Below, piece after piece: positions 31,817-40,806 of a stretch of 40,806 nucleotides of DNA; the first letter of the stretch is position 1, and each line of letters opens with the position of its first letter. The translations under genes were made by a program, and so were the position numbers. Origin of the DNA: Rugosibacter sp. (GTDB lineage Bacteria; Pseudomonadota; Gammaproteobacteria; Burkholderiales; Rhodocyclaceae); assembly GCA_043731705.1 (NCBI GenBank), contig JAYTIQ010000124.1, positions 1-40,806 of the forward strand, given 5' to 3'. A model generated the notes under the pieces. That model did no database searches and had not been told where the DNA came from. It was given only the letters and a program-made list of their open reading frames with translations.

Positions 31817-32019
31817 TCCCCTGTTTTGTAACATTATTGAGGTGGCTTATTGGGGCTTGTTGTGACTCGCGTTGCCGCATAATTTGCCTGCAAGAAAACC
31901 ACATTACGCCGTATCACCAGCGCCGAGTTTTTGGCTTCCCCCTTCCTTATCTGGCATTATCGTGACGTGGGCTTTATAATTGTCAGCTTAACGCTGCGCG
32001 TCTTTTTTACTTTTTTTTT

Positions 32020-32763
32020 ATGCGTAACAAACTGGTTGTCGGTAACTGGAAAATGCACGGTTGTTTGGCTACCAATGCTGGTCTGCTGGATGCCATCCGT
32101 TCTGGCGTGTTAGCCCAAGCTGGGGTTGCGCTCTGTGTGCCATATCCGTATCTATCTCAAGCACGTCAATTGTTAGAAGGCAGCCCAGTGGCGTGGGGTG
32201 CGCAAGATATTTCCGAGCACGATCAAGGCGCATGGACAGGTGAGGTGAGTGGCAGCATGTTGTCTGATTTTGGCTGCCGCTATGTGCTGATCGGGCATTC
32301 GGAACGGCGTTCTTTTTTTGCAGAAACCGATGCCATTGTTGCTGCCAAGTTTGCTGCGGCACAACGGGCTGGATTGATTCCTGTATTGTGTGTTGGTGAA
32401 ACGCTTGTTGAGCGCGAAGCCGGTGTCACGCATGAGGTTATCACCCGGCAGTTGGATGCGGTGCTGGCTGTCAATGGTAGTACGGATTTTGCGCACGCCG
32501 TGGTAGCGTATGAGCCAGTGTGGGCCATTGGCACAGGGGAAACGGCGACACCAGCGCAAGCGCAGGAAGTGCATGCGGCTATTCGTGGTCGCTTGGCGCG
32601 TGAAAGTGCTGACTTGGGTAATCGTCTGCAGATTCTGTATGGCGGCAGTGTAAAACCCGGTAATGCAGCAGAAATTTTTTCTCAGCCAGATATTGATGGC
32701 GGGCTGATTGGTGGTGCTTCACTTGTTGCTGTGGACTTTTTGGCGATTTGCGCCGCAGCCTGA
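32020..32763 (+). CDS. tpiA: Triosephosphate isomerase
   Basis: GNWKM, GHSERR, AYEPVWAIGTG, YGGSV, LIGGASL. Confidence 0.98.
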   Translation: MRNKLVVGNWKMHGCLATNAGLLDAIRSGVLAQAGVALCVPYPYLSQARQLLEGSPVAWGAQDISEHDQGAWTGEVSGSMLSDFGCRYVLIGHSERRSFFAETDAIVAAKFAAAQRAGLIPVLCVGETLVEREAGVTHEVITRQLDAVLAVNGSTDFAHAVVAYEPVWAIGTGETATPAQAQEVHAAIRGRLARESADLGNRLQILYGGSVKPGNAAEIFSQPDIDGGLIGGASLVAVDFLAICAAA

Positions 32764-32782
32764 TGTTTTTTTTGGAGTTGAT

Positions 32783-33166
32783 ATGAGTTTAATGCATACG
32801 ATTATTTTAACCATACATGTTCTGGCTGGTTTGGGCATCATTGGACTGGTACTGTTGCAGCATGGAAAAGGTGCTGATATGGGCGCTGCTTTCGGTGGTG
32901 GCGCATCGGGAAGTCTTTTTGGTGCAACGGGTTCAGCTAACTTTTTGTCCCGGGCAACTGGCGTCCTTGCAGCAATTTTCTTTTGTACGAGCCTGGGTTT
33001 GGCTTATCTTGCAACATCCCGTACTCAGATTTCCCGTAGCGTGATGGATGCTGCCATACCAAAAACAGCGCCCGCATCGCCTTTGTCTGTGGTTCCGGTA
33101 CCCACGGCTGCGCCAGCGCAAGCGCCTGGTGCACCTGATTCCAAAGTAAAAAATATTCCACAGTAA
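32783..33166 (+). CDS. secG: Preprotein translocase subunit SecG
   Basis: LLQHGKGADMGAAFGGGASGSLFG...NFLSR; GGAG RBS before ATG 32783. Confidence 0.95.
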   Translation: MSLMHTIILTIHVLAGLGIIGLVLLQHGKGADMGAAFGGGASGSLFGATGSANFLSRATGVLAAIFFCTSLGLAYLATSRTQISRSVMDAAIPKTAPASPLSVVPVPTAAPAQAPGAPDSKVKNIPQ

Positions 33167-33183
33167 TTTTGTCTCTGTTACAC

Positions 33184-33228
33184 CGCAACATTTTTTGCTG
33201 CAATGCATAAGGCAGCAAACGTGTTGCG
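33184..33228. repeat. Imperfect inverted repeat between secG and the tRNA, abutting TATAAT (33230-35)
   Basis: CGCAACA-TTT-TTTGCTGC...GCAGCAAA-CG-TGTTGCG. Confidence 0.6.
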
Positions 33229-33259
33229 ATATAATTTCAGTCAGTTTTTGAAGTGCAAT

Positions 33260-33344
33260 GCCGACGTGGTGAAATTGGTAGACACGCTATCTTGAGGGGG
33301 TAGTGGCGAAAGCTGTGCGAGTTCGAGTCTCGCCGTCGGCACCA
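33260..33344 (+). tRNA. tRNA-Leu(GAG)
   Basis: GCCGACG/CGTCGGC acceptor, CTATC-TTGAGGG-GGTAG anticodon arm, variable arm, encoded CCA; 85 nt. Confidence 0.97.
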
Positions 33345-33440
33345 TAATTTTAAGTAATGAAATAACTATTTTCTTCGGTTATTTTTTTGATTGGTTAATG
33401 AGAGACTGAGTGAAACTGAGAGCCATCATCTCATCCTAAT

Positions 33441-33815
33441 ATGCTTGAAAACTATTTTCCTGTTCTCTTATTCATTCTGGTGGGCTTGGCTTTCGGTTTT
33501 GCGCCAATCTTCCTCGGTTGGCTGGTGGCGCCAAATCATCCTGATAGCGAGAAGCTTTCACCCTTTGAATGCGGCTTTGAGCCATTTGAAGATGCACGGA
33601 TGAAGTTTGATGTTCGTTATTATCTGATCGCAATTCTCTTCATTCTTTTTGATCTGGAAATCGCCTTTATGTTTCCGTGGGCATCCATTTTCAAAGAGAT
33701 TGTGCACGCCGAGTCCGTCAGACTATTTGGGTTTATTGAGATGTTTGTCTTTATTGGCATTCTCGTCATTGGCTACGTTTATGCGTGGGCCAAAGGCGCA
33801 CTGGATTGGGAGTAA
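33441..33815 (+). CDS. nuoA: NADH-quinone oxidoreductase subunit A
   Basis: [23 protein letters not shown]. Confidence 0.97.
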   Translation: MLENYFPVLLFILVGLAFGFAPIFLGWLVAPNHPDSEKLSPFECGFEPFEDARMKFDVRYYLIAILFILFDLEIAFMFPWASIFKEIVHAESVRLFGFIEMFVFIGILVIGYVYAWAKGALDWE

Positions 33816-33824
33816 ATCGCAGTC

Positions 33825-34301
33825 ATGAGCATTGAAGGCGTTCTCCAGGAGGGTTTTGTTACTACCTCGCTAGACAAGTTGATTAACTGGGCGCGCACTG
33901 GCTCAATGTGGCCGATGAGTTTTGGCCTGGCTTGCTGCGCAGTTGAGATGATTCATGCGGGGTGCTCGCGCTACGACCTGGATCGTTTCGGTGTTGTGTT
34001 TCGCCCCAGTCCCCGTCAGTCAGATGTCATGATCGTGGCAGGAACACTGACCAATAAAATGGCACCTGCTTTGCGCAAGGTGTATGACCAGATGGCGGAG
34101 CCACGCTGGGTGATTTCCATGGGTTCGTGTGCCAATGGCGGCGGCTATTATCATTACTCTTATTCAGTTGTGCGTGGCTGTGATCGCATTGTGCCAGTTG
34201 ATATTTATGTACCCGGGTGTCCTCCCACAGCAGAAGCTTTGCTGTATGGCATCATCCAGTTACAGAACAAAATTAAACGCACCAACACGATTGCACGCTG
34301 A
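33825..34301 (+). CDS. nuoB: NADH-quinone oxidoreductase subunit B
   Basis: [29 protein letters not shown]. Confidence 0.98.
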   Translation: MSIEGVLQEGFVTTSLDKLINWARTGSMWPMSFGLACCAVEMIHAGCSRYDLDRFGVVFRPSPRQSDVMIVAGTLTNKMAPALRKVYDQMAEPRWVISMGSCANGGGYYHYSYSVVRGCDRIVPVDIYVPGCPPTAEALLYGIIQLQNKIKRTNTIAR

Positions 34302-34330
34302 AATCAAACAACTGCGGAAATAACTGGGCC

Positions 34331-34933
34331 ATGAATCAGAAACTGGAACGTCTTCAACTGCTGCTCAAAGATTTGCTGGGTGATCGTATCACCGGGCCGG
34401 AGTGTGCATTTAATGAGCTAACTGTTGAGGTTTCTGCTGAAAACTACCACGTGGTCATGCTGCAATTGCGCGATAACCCTGCGCTTCGTTTTGAGCAATT
34501 GGTTGATTTGAGTGGCATCGATTATTCTGAGTTTGCGGGACGTGAAGATCGTCGGTTTGCCGTCACTTGCCACTTGCTATCATTGACACACAACTGGCGT
34601 TTGCGTGTCAGAGTGTTTGCACCTGATGAAGATTTTCCACTCGTGGATTCAGTCACTGATGTGTGGAATTGCGCCAACTGGTACGAGCGCGAGGCATTTG
34701 ATCTGTATGGCATCCTCTTTGAAGGGCATACGGATTTACGCCGCATCCTGACCGACTATGGTTTTGTGGGGCATCCGTTCCGCAAGGATTTTCCGGTGTT
34801 CGGTCATGTTGAAATGCGCTATGACGCAGAGCAAAAGCGCGTGATTTACCAACCTGTCACGATAGAGCCGCGTGAAGTGACGCCACGTATTGTGCGCGAA
34901 GAGCTTTACGCAAAAGGTGATGACCGTGGCTGA
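34331..34933 (+). CDS. nuoC: NADH-quinone oxidoreductase subunit C
   Basis: [33 protein letters not shown]. Confidence 0.97.
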   Translation: MNQKLERLQLLLKDLLGDRITGPECAFNELTVEVSAENYHVVMLQLRDNPALRFEQLVDLSGIDYSEFAGREDRRFAVTCHLLSLTHNWRLRVRVFAPDEDFPLVDSVTDVWNCANWYEREAFDLYGILFEGHTDLRRILTDYGFVGHPFRKDFPVFGHVEMRYDAEQKRVIYQPVTIEPREVTPRIVREELYAKGDDRG

Positions 34934-36179
34934 AATTAAAAATTACACTCTCAACTTTGGCCCGCAACATCCTGCGGCTCATGGCGTGTTGCGGCTAGTA
35001 CTTGAGCTTGATGGTGAGGTGGTGGTGCGCGCTGATCCGCATATTGGCTTGTTGCATCGCGCTACAGAAAAATTGGCTGAAACGCGAACGTGGATTCAGT
35101 CTGTGCCATACATGGATCGGCTTGATTACGTCTCGATGATGTGCAATGAACATGCGTATTGCATGGCGATTGAGCGTTTGATTGGCCTGGAAGTACCGCT
35201 GCGCGCGCAATATATTCGCGTGATGATGGATGAAGTCACGCGCATTCTGAATCATCTGCTCAACATCGGTACCCACGCCCTTGATATTGGCGCGATGGCC
35301 ATGGTGCTGTATACCTTCCGCGAGCGAGAAGACCTACTGGATGTGTATGAGGCGATTTCAGGCGCACGGATGCATGCGGCCTATTATCGTCCAGGTGGCG
35401 TGTACCGTGATTTGCCCGATCGCATGCCGCAATATGAGGCCAATCGCTTCAAGTCAGCTGAGGATGTGCGGCAACTCAATGAGGCGCGGCAAGGTTCTTT
35501 GCTGGATTTTCTTGACGATTTCACGCAGCGCTTTCCTGGCTATCTTGATGAGTATGAATCGTTACTCACGGATAACCGGATATGGAAGCAGCGGACTGTC
35601 GGTGTTGGTGTACTCAGCCCTGAGCGTGCTTTACAGCTTGGCTGTACAGGGCCGATGCTACGTGGCTCCGGGGTTGAGTGGGATTTGCGCAAAAAGCAAC
35701 CCTATGAAGTGTACGACCGCATGACCTTTGATATTCCCGTGGGTGTTAATGGCGATTGCTACGACCGCTATCTGGTACGCATGGAAGAAATGCGCCAGTC
35801 CAATCGCATCGTGCAGCAATGCATTGCGTGGTTGCGAACGAATCCTGGCCCGGTGATTGTCGATAACCACAAAGTCGCACCGCCTTCGCGTGAACGCATG
35901 AAGGCCAACATGGAAGAGCTGATTCATCATTTCAAGCTATTCACTGAAGGCATGCATGTTCCGGCAGGCGAAGTTTATGCGGCCATTGAGCATCCTAAAG
36001 GTGAGTTTGGTGTTTGGGCAGTATCTGATGGGGCCAATAAGCCTTACCGTTTAAAGCTGCGTTCGCCGGGTTTCCCGCATCTTGCGGCAGTGAATGAAAT
36101 GGCTTCTGGCCACATGATTGCGGATGTAACTGCGATCATTGGCACCATTGATCTGGTGTTGGGCGATACGGATCGATAA
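34926..36179 (+). CDS. nuoD: NADH-quinone oxidoreductase subunit D
   Basis: GTG start; [26 protein letters not shown]. Confidence 0.97.
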   Translation: MAEIKNYTLNFGPQHPAAHGVLRLVLELDGEVVVRADPHIGLLHRATEKLAETRTWIQSVPYMDRLDYVSMMCNEHAYCMAIERLIGLEVPLRAQYIRVMMDEVTRILNHLLNIGTHALDIGAMAMVLYTFREREDLLDVYEAISGARMHAAYYRPGGVYRDLPDRMPQYEANRFKSAEDVRQLNEARQGSLLDFLDDFTQRFPGYLDEYESLLTDNRIWKQRTVGVGVLSPERALQLGCTGPMLRGSGVEWDLRKKQPYEVYDRMTFDIPVGVNGDCYDRYLVRMEEMRQSNRIVQQCIAWLRTNPGPVIVDNHKVAPPSRERMKANMEELIHHFKLFTEGMHVPAGEVYAAIEHPKGEFGVWAVSDGANKPYRLKLRSPGFPHLAAVNEMASGHMIADVTAIIGTIDLVLGDTDR

Positions 36180-36188
36180 GCGCAATCA

Positions 36189-36680
36189 ATGACGAATGGA
36201 ATGGGTATGCTGAGTTCTGAATCCTTGCAAAAAATTGATCGCGAAATTGCGAAGTATCCTGTCGATAAAAAGCAGTCTGCGGTGATGGCGGCTTTGGCTA
36301 TTGCACAGGATGAAAAGTCATGGCTTGCGCGTGAAACTATCGAATTCGTCGCCAGCTATTTGGGCATGCCATCCATTGCGGCTTATGAAGTGGCTAGTTT
36401 CTACACCATGTATAACCTGGAACCCGTAGGGCAATACAAGTTGACGGTATGTACTAATCTACCCTGCGCTTTATCGGGTGGCGCTCATGCCGCGGATTAC
36501 CTGAAAGAAAAATTGGGTATTGATTTTAATCAAACAACAGCTGATGGTCGCTTTACATTGAAAGAGGGCGAATGCATGGGCGCTTGTGGTGATGCGCCCG
36601 TCATGCTGGTGAATAACAAGCGCATGTGTAGTTTTATGTTTCCGGAACAGATTGATTCACTCTTGGCGGAGTGTAAATAA
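36189..36680 (+). CDS. nuoE: NADH-quinone oxidoreductase subunit E
   Basis: [20 protein letters not shown] 2Fe-2S motif. Confidence 0.97.
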   Translation: MTNGMGMLSSESLQKIDREIAKYPVDKKQSAVMAALAIAQDEKSWLARETIEFVASYLGMPSIAAYEVASFYTMYNLEPVGQYKLTVCTNLPCALSGGAHAADYLKEKLGIDFNQTTADGRFTLKEGECMGACGDAPVMLVNNKRMCSFMFPEQIDSLLAECK

Positions 36681-36681
36681 C

Positions 36682-38019
36682 ATGGCTTTGATCAGTGCAA
36701 TCAAGCCACTGTTATCTACCGGCTGGTCCAGAGGGGATGCTGGCTGGAGCCTTAAAGACTACGAAGCGCGTGGTGGCTATGCTCAGCTCAAACGCATTCT
36801 GGTGGGGAAGGTTTCACAGGATGATCTAATTGCTGAAATCAAGAAATCCCTATTGCGTGGCCGCGGTGGAGCGGGGTTTCCAACTGGGCTCAAGTGGAGC
36901 TTCATGCCGCGTTCCTTCCCCGGTGATAAATATGTTGTATGTAATTCAGACGAAGGCGAGCCAGGAACATTCAAGGATCGTGACTTGCTGCGGTTTGACC
37001 CACATGCAGTTATTGAGGGCATGATCATTGCCGGTTATGCGATGGGTGCCAGCCGTGGCTACAACTATATTCATGGCGAGATTTTTTCGATCTACGAGCG
37101 TTTCGAAGAAGCCTTGGATGAAGCGCATGCCGCTGGTTATCTGGGGCAAAGTGTTTGTGGTTCAGAGTTTGGATTCGAGCTTTTTGCACATCATGGTTAT
37201 GGTGCCTATATTTGTGGCGAGGAAACGGCATTGCTCGATTCGCTCGAGGGCAAGAAGGGGCAGCCGCGTTTCAAGCCGCCATTTCCTGCGAGCTATGGTT
37301 TGTATGGTAAGCCCACAACCATCAATAACACTGAAACCTTTGCGGCAATTCCATTCATACTCGGCATGGGTGGTGATGCTTTTCTGGCGCTGGGCAAGCC
37401 GAATAATGGTGGCACCAAGCTGTTTTCTGTTTCGGGTCATGTGAATCGCCCTGGCAATTATGAAGTCCCGTTGGGTACGCCCTTTGCCAAACTGCTCGAA
37501 ATGGCAGGTGGCATGCGCGGTGGAAGGAAGCTCAAAGCAGTCATTCCCGGCGGGTCTTCCGCCCCCGTGTTGCCAGCCGATGTGATGATGGATACCACCA
37601 TGGACTACGATGGCATTTCCAAGGCCGGTTCCATGCTGGGTTCAGGCGCGGTGATCGTGATGGACGAGACGACCTGCATGGTGAAGGCTCTAGAGCGTTT
37701 ATCCTATTTTTATTTCGAAGAATCCTGCGGTCAGTGCACGCCTTGCCGCGAGGGCACCGGCTGGTTGTATCGGGTGGTGCATCGCATTGAACATGGGCAG
37801 GGGCGAGTAGAGGATCTTGATTTGCTGAATCGTGTGACGGATAACATCATGGGCCGTACCATTTGCGCGCTGGGCGATGCGGCATCCTTGCCGGTGCGCA
37901 GTTTTATTAAACATTTTAGAAGTGAGTTTGAGTATCACATTGAACATGGCAAATGTTTGGTCGATCCTGCGGTGCAATCTGCCGGTAGCGGCTTTTTCCG
38001 TGCGGAGGGTGGGCTGTGA
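36682..38019 (+). CDS. nuoF: NADH-quinone oxidoreductase subunit F
   Basis: [37 protein letters not shown]. Confidence 0.97.
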   Translation: MALISAIKPLLSTGWSRGDAGWSLKDYEARGGYAQLKRILVGKVSQDDLIAEIKKSLLRGRGGAGFPTGLKWSFMPRSFPGDKYVVCNSDEGEPGTFKDRDLLRFDPHAVIEGMIIAGYAMGASRGYNYIHGEIFSIYERFEEALDEAHAAGYLGQSVCGSEFGFELFAHHGYGAYICGEETALLDSLEGKKGQPRFKPPFPASYGLYGKPTTINNTETFAAIPFILGMGGDAFLALGKPNNGGTKLFSVSGHVNRPGNYEVPLGTPFAKLLEMAGGMRGGRKLKAVIPGGSSAPVLPADVMMDTTMDYDGISKAGSMLGSGAVIVMDETTCMVKALERLSYFYFEESCGQCTPCREGTGWLYRVVHRIEHGQGRVEDLDLLNRVTDNIMGRTICALGDAASLPVRSFIKHFRSEFEYHIEHGKCLVDPAVQSAGSGFFRAEGGL

Positions 38020-40418
38020 TTGATATTGAAATCAATGGCAAAGCGCTGCAGGTGGAACCTGGTGGCACCATCATGGATGCCGCGCATCAAGCGGGAACCT
38101 ACATCCCCCATTTTTGTTACCACAAGAAATTGTCCATTGCGGCTAACTGTCGCATGTGCCTGGTGGAGGTAGAAAAAGCACCAAAGCCTTTGCCTGCGTG
38201 CGCAACGCCGATTACGCCGGGCATGAAAGTGTTCACCCATTCTGAGTTGGCAGTCTCGGCGCAGAAGGGTGTGATGGAATTTTTATTGATCAACCATCCG
38301 CTGGATTGCCCCATTTGCGACCAGGGTGGCGAATGTCAGTTGCAGGATCTGGCAGTCGGCTATGGTGACTCGGCATCTAATTATCAAGAAGAGAAGCGTG
38401 TCGTGGCCGATAAAGACCTCGGCCCGCTAGTGGCAACAGACATGACTCGGTGCATCAATTGCACGCGCTGCATCCGCTTCACGCAGGAAATTGCAGGTGT
38501 GATGGAATTGGGCCAAGCTTTCCGGGGTGAGCATGCGGAAGTCATGCCGTTTGTTGAACAGACGGTGGATTCCGAACTCTCCGGCAATATTATCGATTTG
38601 TGCCCAGTGGGCGCATTAACGTCCAAACCGTTCCGTTTTTCAGCGCGCACCTGGGAGCTGTCTCGGCGCAAGTCGATCAGCCCGCACGATAGTCTGGGCA
38701 GTCATTTGATCGTGCAAACCAAAAATGATCGCGTCATGCGTGTTTTGCCACGTGAAAATGAAGACATCAACGAGTGCTGGCTCTCAGATAAAGATCGCTA
38801 TTCCTACGAGGCGTTGAATTCACCAGAGCGATTGACGCGCCCAATGCTCAAGCAAGATGGCGTGTGGCATGAAGTCGACTGGTCTGTTGCGCTCGATTAT
38901 GTGGCGCATATGCTGCGTGATGTTGTCAAAACGGACGGTGGCGTAGCTATTGGTGGCCTGTTAAGCCCGCATGCAACGCTTGAAGAGCTGTATCTTGGGC
39001 AAAAACTGCTGCGTGGCTTGGGCTGTGAAAATATTGATACGCGCTTGCGCCACAGCGATTTTTCTGCCGATGGCAAGCGTTCCGGCATGCCATGGCTCGG
39101 CATGAAGATTACTGAGTTATCTCAGCTTGATCGTGTGCTGGTGGTTGGATCTTTCCTGCGCAAGGATCATCCGCTCATCGCGCAACGCTTGCGTCAGTCG
39201 GCCAAACGTGGGGCGCAAATCACTTTCCTGCACAGCGCAGGCAATGATCAGCTCATCAAACTGGCCGGGCAAGCGATTGTGCCGCCTTCACAATTGCCTT
39301 CGATGCTGGCTCAAATCGTTAAGTCCGTGAGTGCAAAGAAGAATGTTGCTATTGAAGCGCTGGATACAGATGCAGCATTTGCTGAATTGATGGTTTCAGC
39401 CGAAGCCGAGCAGATTGCGCAGAGCCTTGTCAGCGGGCGTAACACAGGAATTATGCTGGGTAATTTTGCACAGCAACACCCGCAAGCGGCAACGCTTCAT
39501 GCGTTAGCCCATCAGCTCGTCAGCCTCTTGGGTGGCAAGTTGGGTTTTCTTGGTGAAGCCGCGAATAGCCTGGGTGCTTATGTTGCCAAAGCCGTGCCGC
39601 ACACGGGTGGCCTTGCTGCAGATGCGATGTTGGCCCAGCCACGGCGCACGTATGTGCTGCTGGGTGTCGAGCCTGAACTGGATTGCGCTGACGGAATGCA
39701 GGCATTGACGGCGCTGAGTCAAGCCGCCAGTGTCATTGTGTTGTCACCCTTTAAATCAAAAGCTGCACTGGGTTATGCAGACGCTTTGCTGCCGGTTTCA
39801 CCTTTCGCTGAAACTTCCGGAACGTTTGTTAACTGCGAAGGTCGTGTGCAAAGCTTTTATGCCGCCGTTAAACCTTTGGCGGAAACTCGCCCTGCCTGGA
39901 AGGTGCTGCGGGTATTAGCGAATTTGCTTGATATTCCGGGGTTCGATTACAGCAGCAGCGAGGAAATAAAAGCTGAAGCTTTGGGTCTTGTCCGGGGTGA
40001 AGCATTGGAATTTGTCTCTGGCCTTGATAATAGTGTTTCAGGTATTACGGTTAACCTGATATCTGATATTGCAGCAACATCGATAGAACGCGTTGCCGAC
40101 GTGCCTATTCATTTTGCCGATATGCTTGCCCGTCATGCTCCCTCATTACAAAAAACCAAAGATGCTGCTATTCCGGTGGCACATATGAATGGTGTAATGC
40201 TTGCTCGCTTTGGCATTGCCAGTGGTGATTTAGTAAAAATCGGCGTTGATGAGACGGCGGATATTGTAAAAAACTCTGCCAGCCACAACATATTGGCGAT
40301 TCTGCACGCAGAACTTGATGCGAATATGCCTAATAATGTTGTGTGCATCGCCAGTGGGCACTCCACCACGGTTGCTGTCGGCCCCATGTTTGCCACGCTG
40401 CGTGTGGAAAAAGCATGA
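38016..40418 (+). CDS. nuoG: NADH-quinone oxidoreductase subunit G
   Basis: PHFCYH...[26 protein letters not shown]...CP. Confidence 0.97.
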   Translation: MIDIEINGKALQVEPGGTIMDAAHQAGTYIPHFCYHKKLSIAANCRMCLVEVEKAPKPLPACATPITPGMKVFTHSELAVSAQKGVMEFLLINHPLDCPICDQGGECQLQDLAVGYGDSASNYQEEKRVVADKDLGPLVATDMTRCINCTRCIRFTQEIAGVMELGQAFRGEHAEVMPFVEQTVDSELSGNIIDLCPVGALTSKPFRFSARTWELSRRKSISPHDSLGSHLIVQTKNDRVMRVLPRENEDINECWLSDKDRYSYEALNSPERLTRPMLKQDGVWHEVDWSVALDYVAHMLRDVVKTDGGVAIGGLLSPHATLEELYLGQKLLRGLGCENIDTRLRHSDFSADGKRSGMPWLGMKITELSQLDRVLVVGSFLRKDHPLIAQRLRQSAKRGAQITFLHSAGNDQLIKLAGQAIVPPSQLPSMLAQIVKSVSAKKNVAIEALDTDAAFAELMVSAEAEQIAQSLVSGRNTGIMLGNFAQQHPQAATLHALAHQLVSLLGGKLGFLGEAANSLGAYVAKAVPHTGGLAADAMLAQPRRTYVLLGVEPELDCADGMQALTALSQAASVIVLSPFKSKAALGYADALLPVSPFAETSGTFVNCEGRVQSFYAAVKPLAETRPAWKVLRVLANLLDIPGFDYSSSEEIKAEALGLVRGEALEFVSGLDNSVSGITVNLISDIAATSIERVADVPIHFADMLARHAPSLQKTKDAAIPVAHMNGVMLARFGIASGDLVKIGVDETADIVKNSASHNILAILHAELDANMPNNVVCIASGHSTTVAVGPMFATLRVEKA

Positions 40419-40806
40419 TGAATGCGTTTCTTGCGCCTATTCAACAGTGGCTTGGCCCGCTCTTCCCTTTGCTGTGGACCTTGCTAAAGATCGTGCTGAT
40501 TCTTGTGCCACTGTTGCTCTCGGTGGCCTATTTAACTTTTTGGGAGCGCAAGGTTCTTGGCTGGATGCATGTGCGCATTGGTCCAAATCGCGTGGGTCCC
40601 TGGGGCTTGTTACAGCCGATAGCAGACGGATTAAAGCTATTCTTTAAAGAAGTTATTCTGCCTAAAGTCGCTGATAAAAAATTATATTTTGTCGGCCCTG
40701 TTCTGGCCATAGCACCGGCCCTGGCGATGTGGGCGGTGATTCCTTTTTCTGATGGCTGGGTTTTGGCGAATATCGATGCCGGCGTGCTGTATCTTCTTGC
40801 TGTTGG
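40415..40806 (+). CDS. nuoH: NADH-quinone oxidoreductase subunit H, 3' truncated by window edge
   Basis: Not in the ORF track; hand translation gives MMNAFLAP...[37 protein letters not shown]; ATGA overlap with nuoG. Confidence 0.95.
   Translation, partial: MMNAFLAPIQQWLGPLFPLLWTLLKIVLILVPLLLSVAYLTFWERKVLGWMHVRIGPNRVGPWGLLQPIADGLKLFFKEVILPKVADKKLYFVGPVLAIAPALAMWAVIPFSDGWVLANIDAGVLYLLAV

Noticed and set aside
38640-38800. Missing N7 Fe-S cysteines in NuoG ([10 protein letters not shown])
   Set aside because: Normal for many proteobacterial NuoG proteins; not degeneration

Overview
A mostly core-genome betaproteobacterial window (gene order resembles Rhodocyclales/Nitrosomonadales; inferred, not searched). 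Left to right: partial DUF192 gene, rpsT, xseA, exbB-exbD-lpxK-Trm112 family-kdsB, adk-pfp-hppA, a stand-alone cNMP-binding protein, tRNA-Leu(CAA), carAB-greA-DUF4149, yhbY, rlmE-ftsH-folP-glmM, an accessory block, pstSCAB, tpiA-secG-tRNA-Leu(GAG), and nuoA-H (nuoH cut by the window edge). The accessory block holds dodecin, DUF2127-like and DUF4337-like genes, plus a five-gene minus-strand cluster: OlsB-like N-acyltransferase, GT4, DgkA, GT4 and a PlcP-like phosphoesterase. No mobile element, prophage or CRISPR array is visible. Most interesting: (1) a probable phosphate-starvation lipid-remodelling cluster divergent from pstS, with three sets of Pho-box-like 11-bp repeats, an OlsB homologue followed by a glycosyltransferase instead of OlsA, and a probable leaderless internal transcript; (2) a three-DnaA-box element upstream of xseA with 9-5-9-3-9 spacing like the E. 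coli DARS core; (3) a carA promoter whose predicted start reads GTTTGC, as in E. coli carAB P1; (4) an adk-pfp-hppA pyrophosphate-energy operon. All family calls come from motif recognition by eye; no database search was run.
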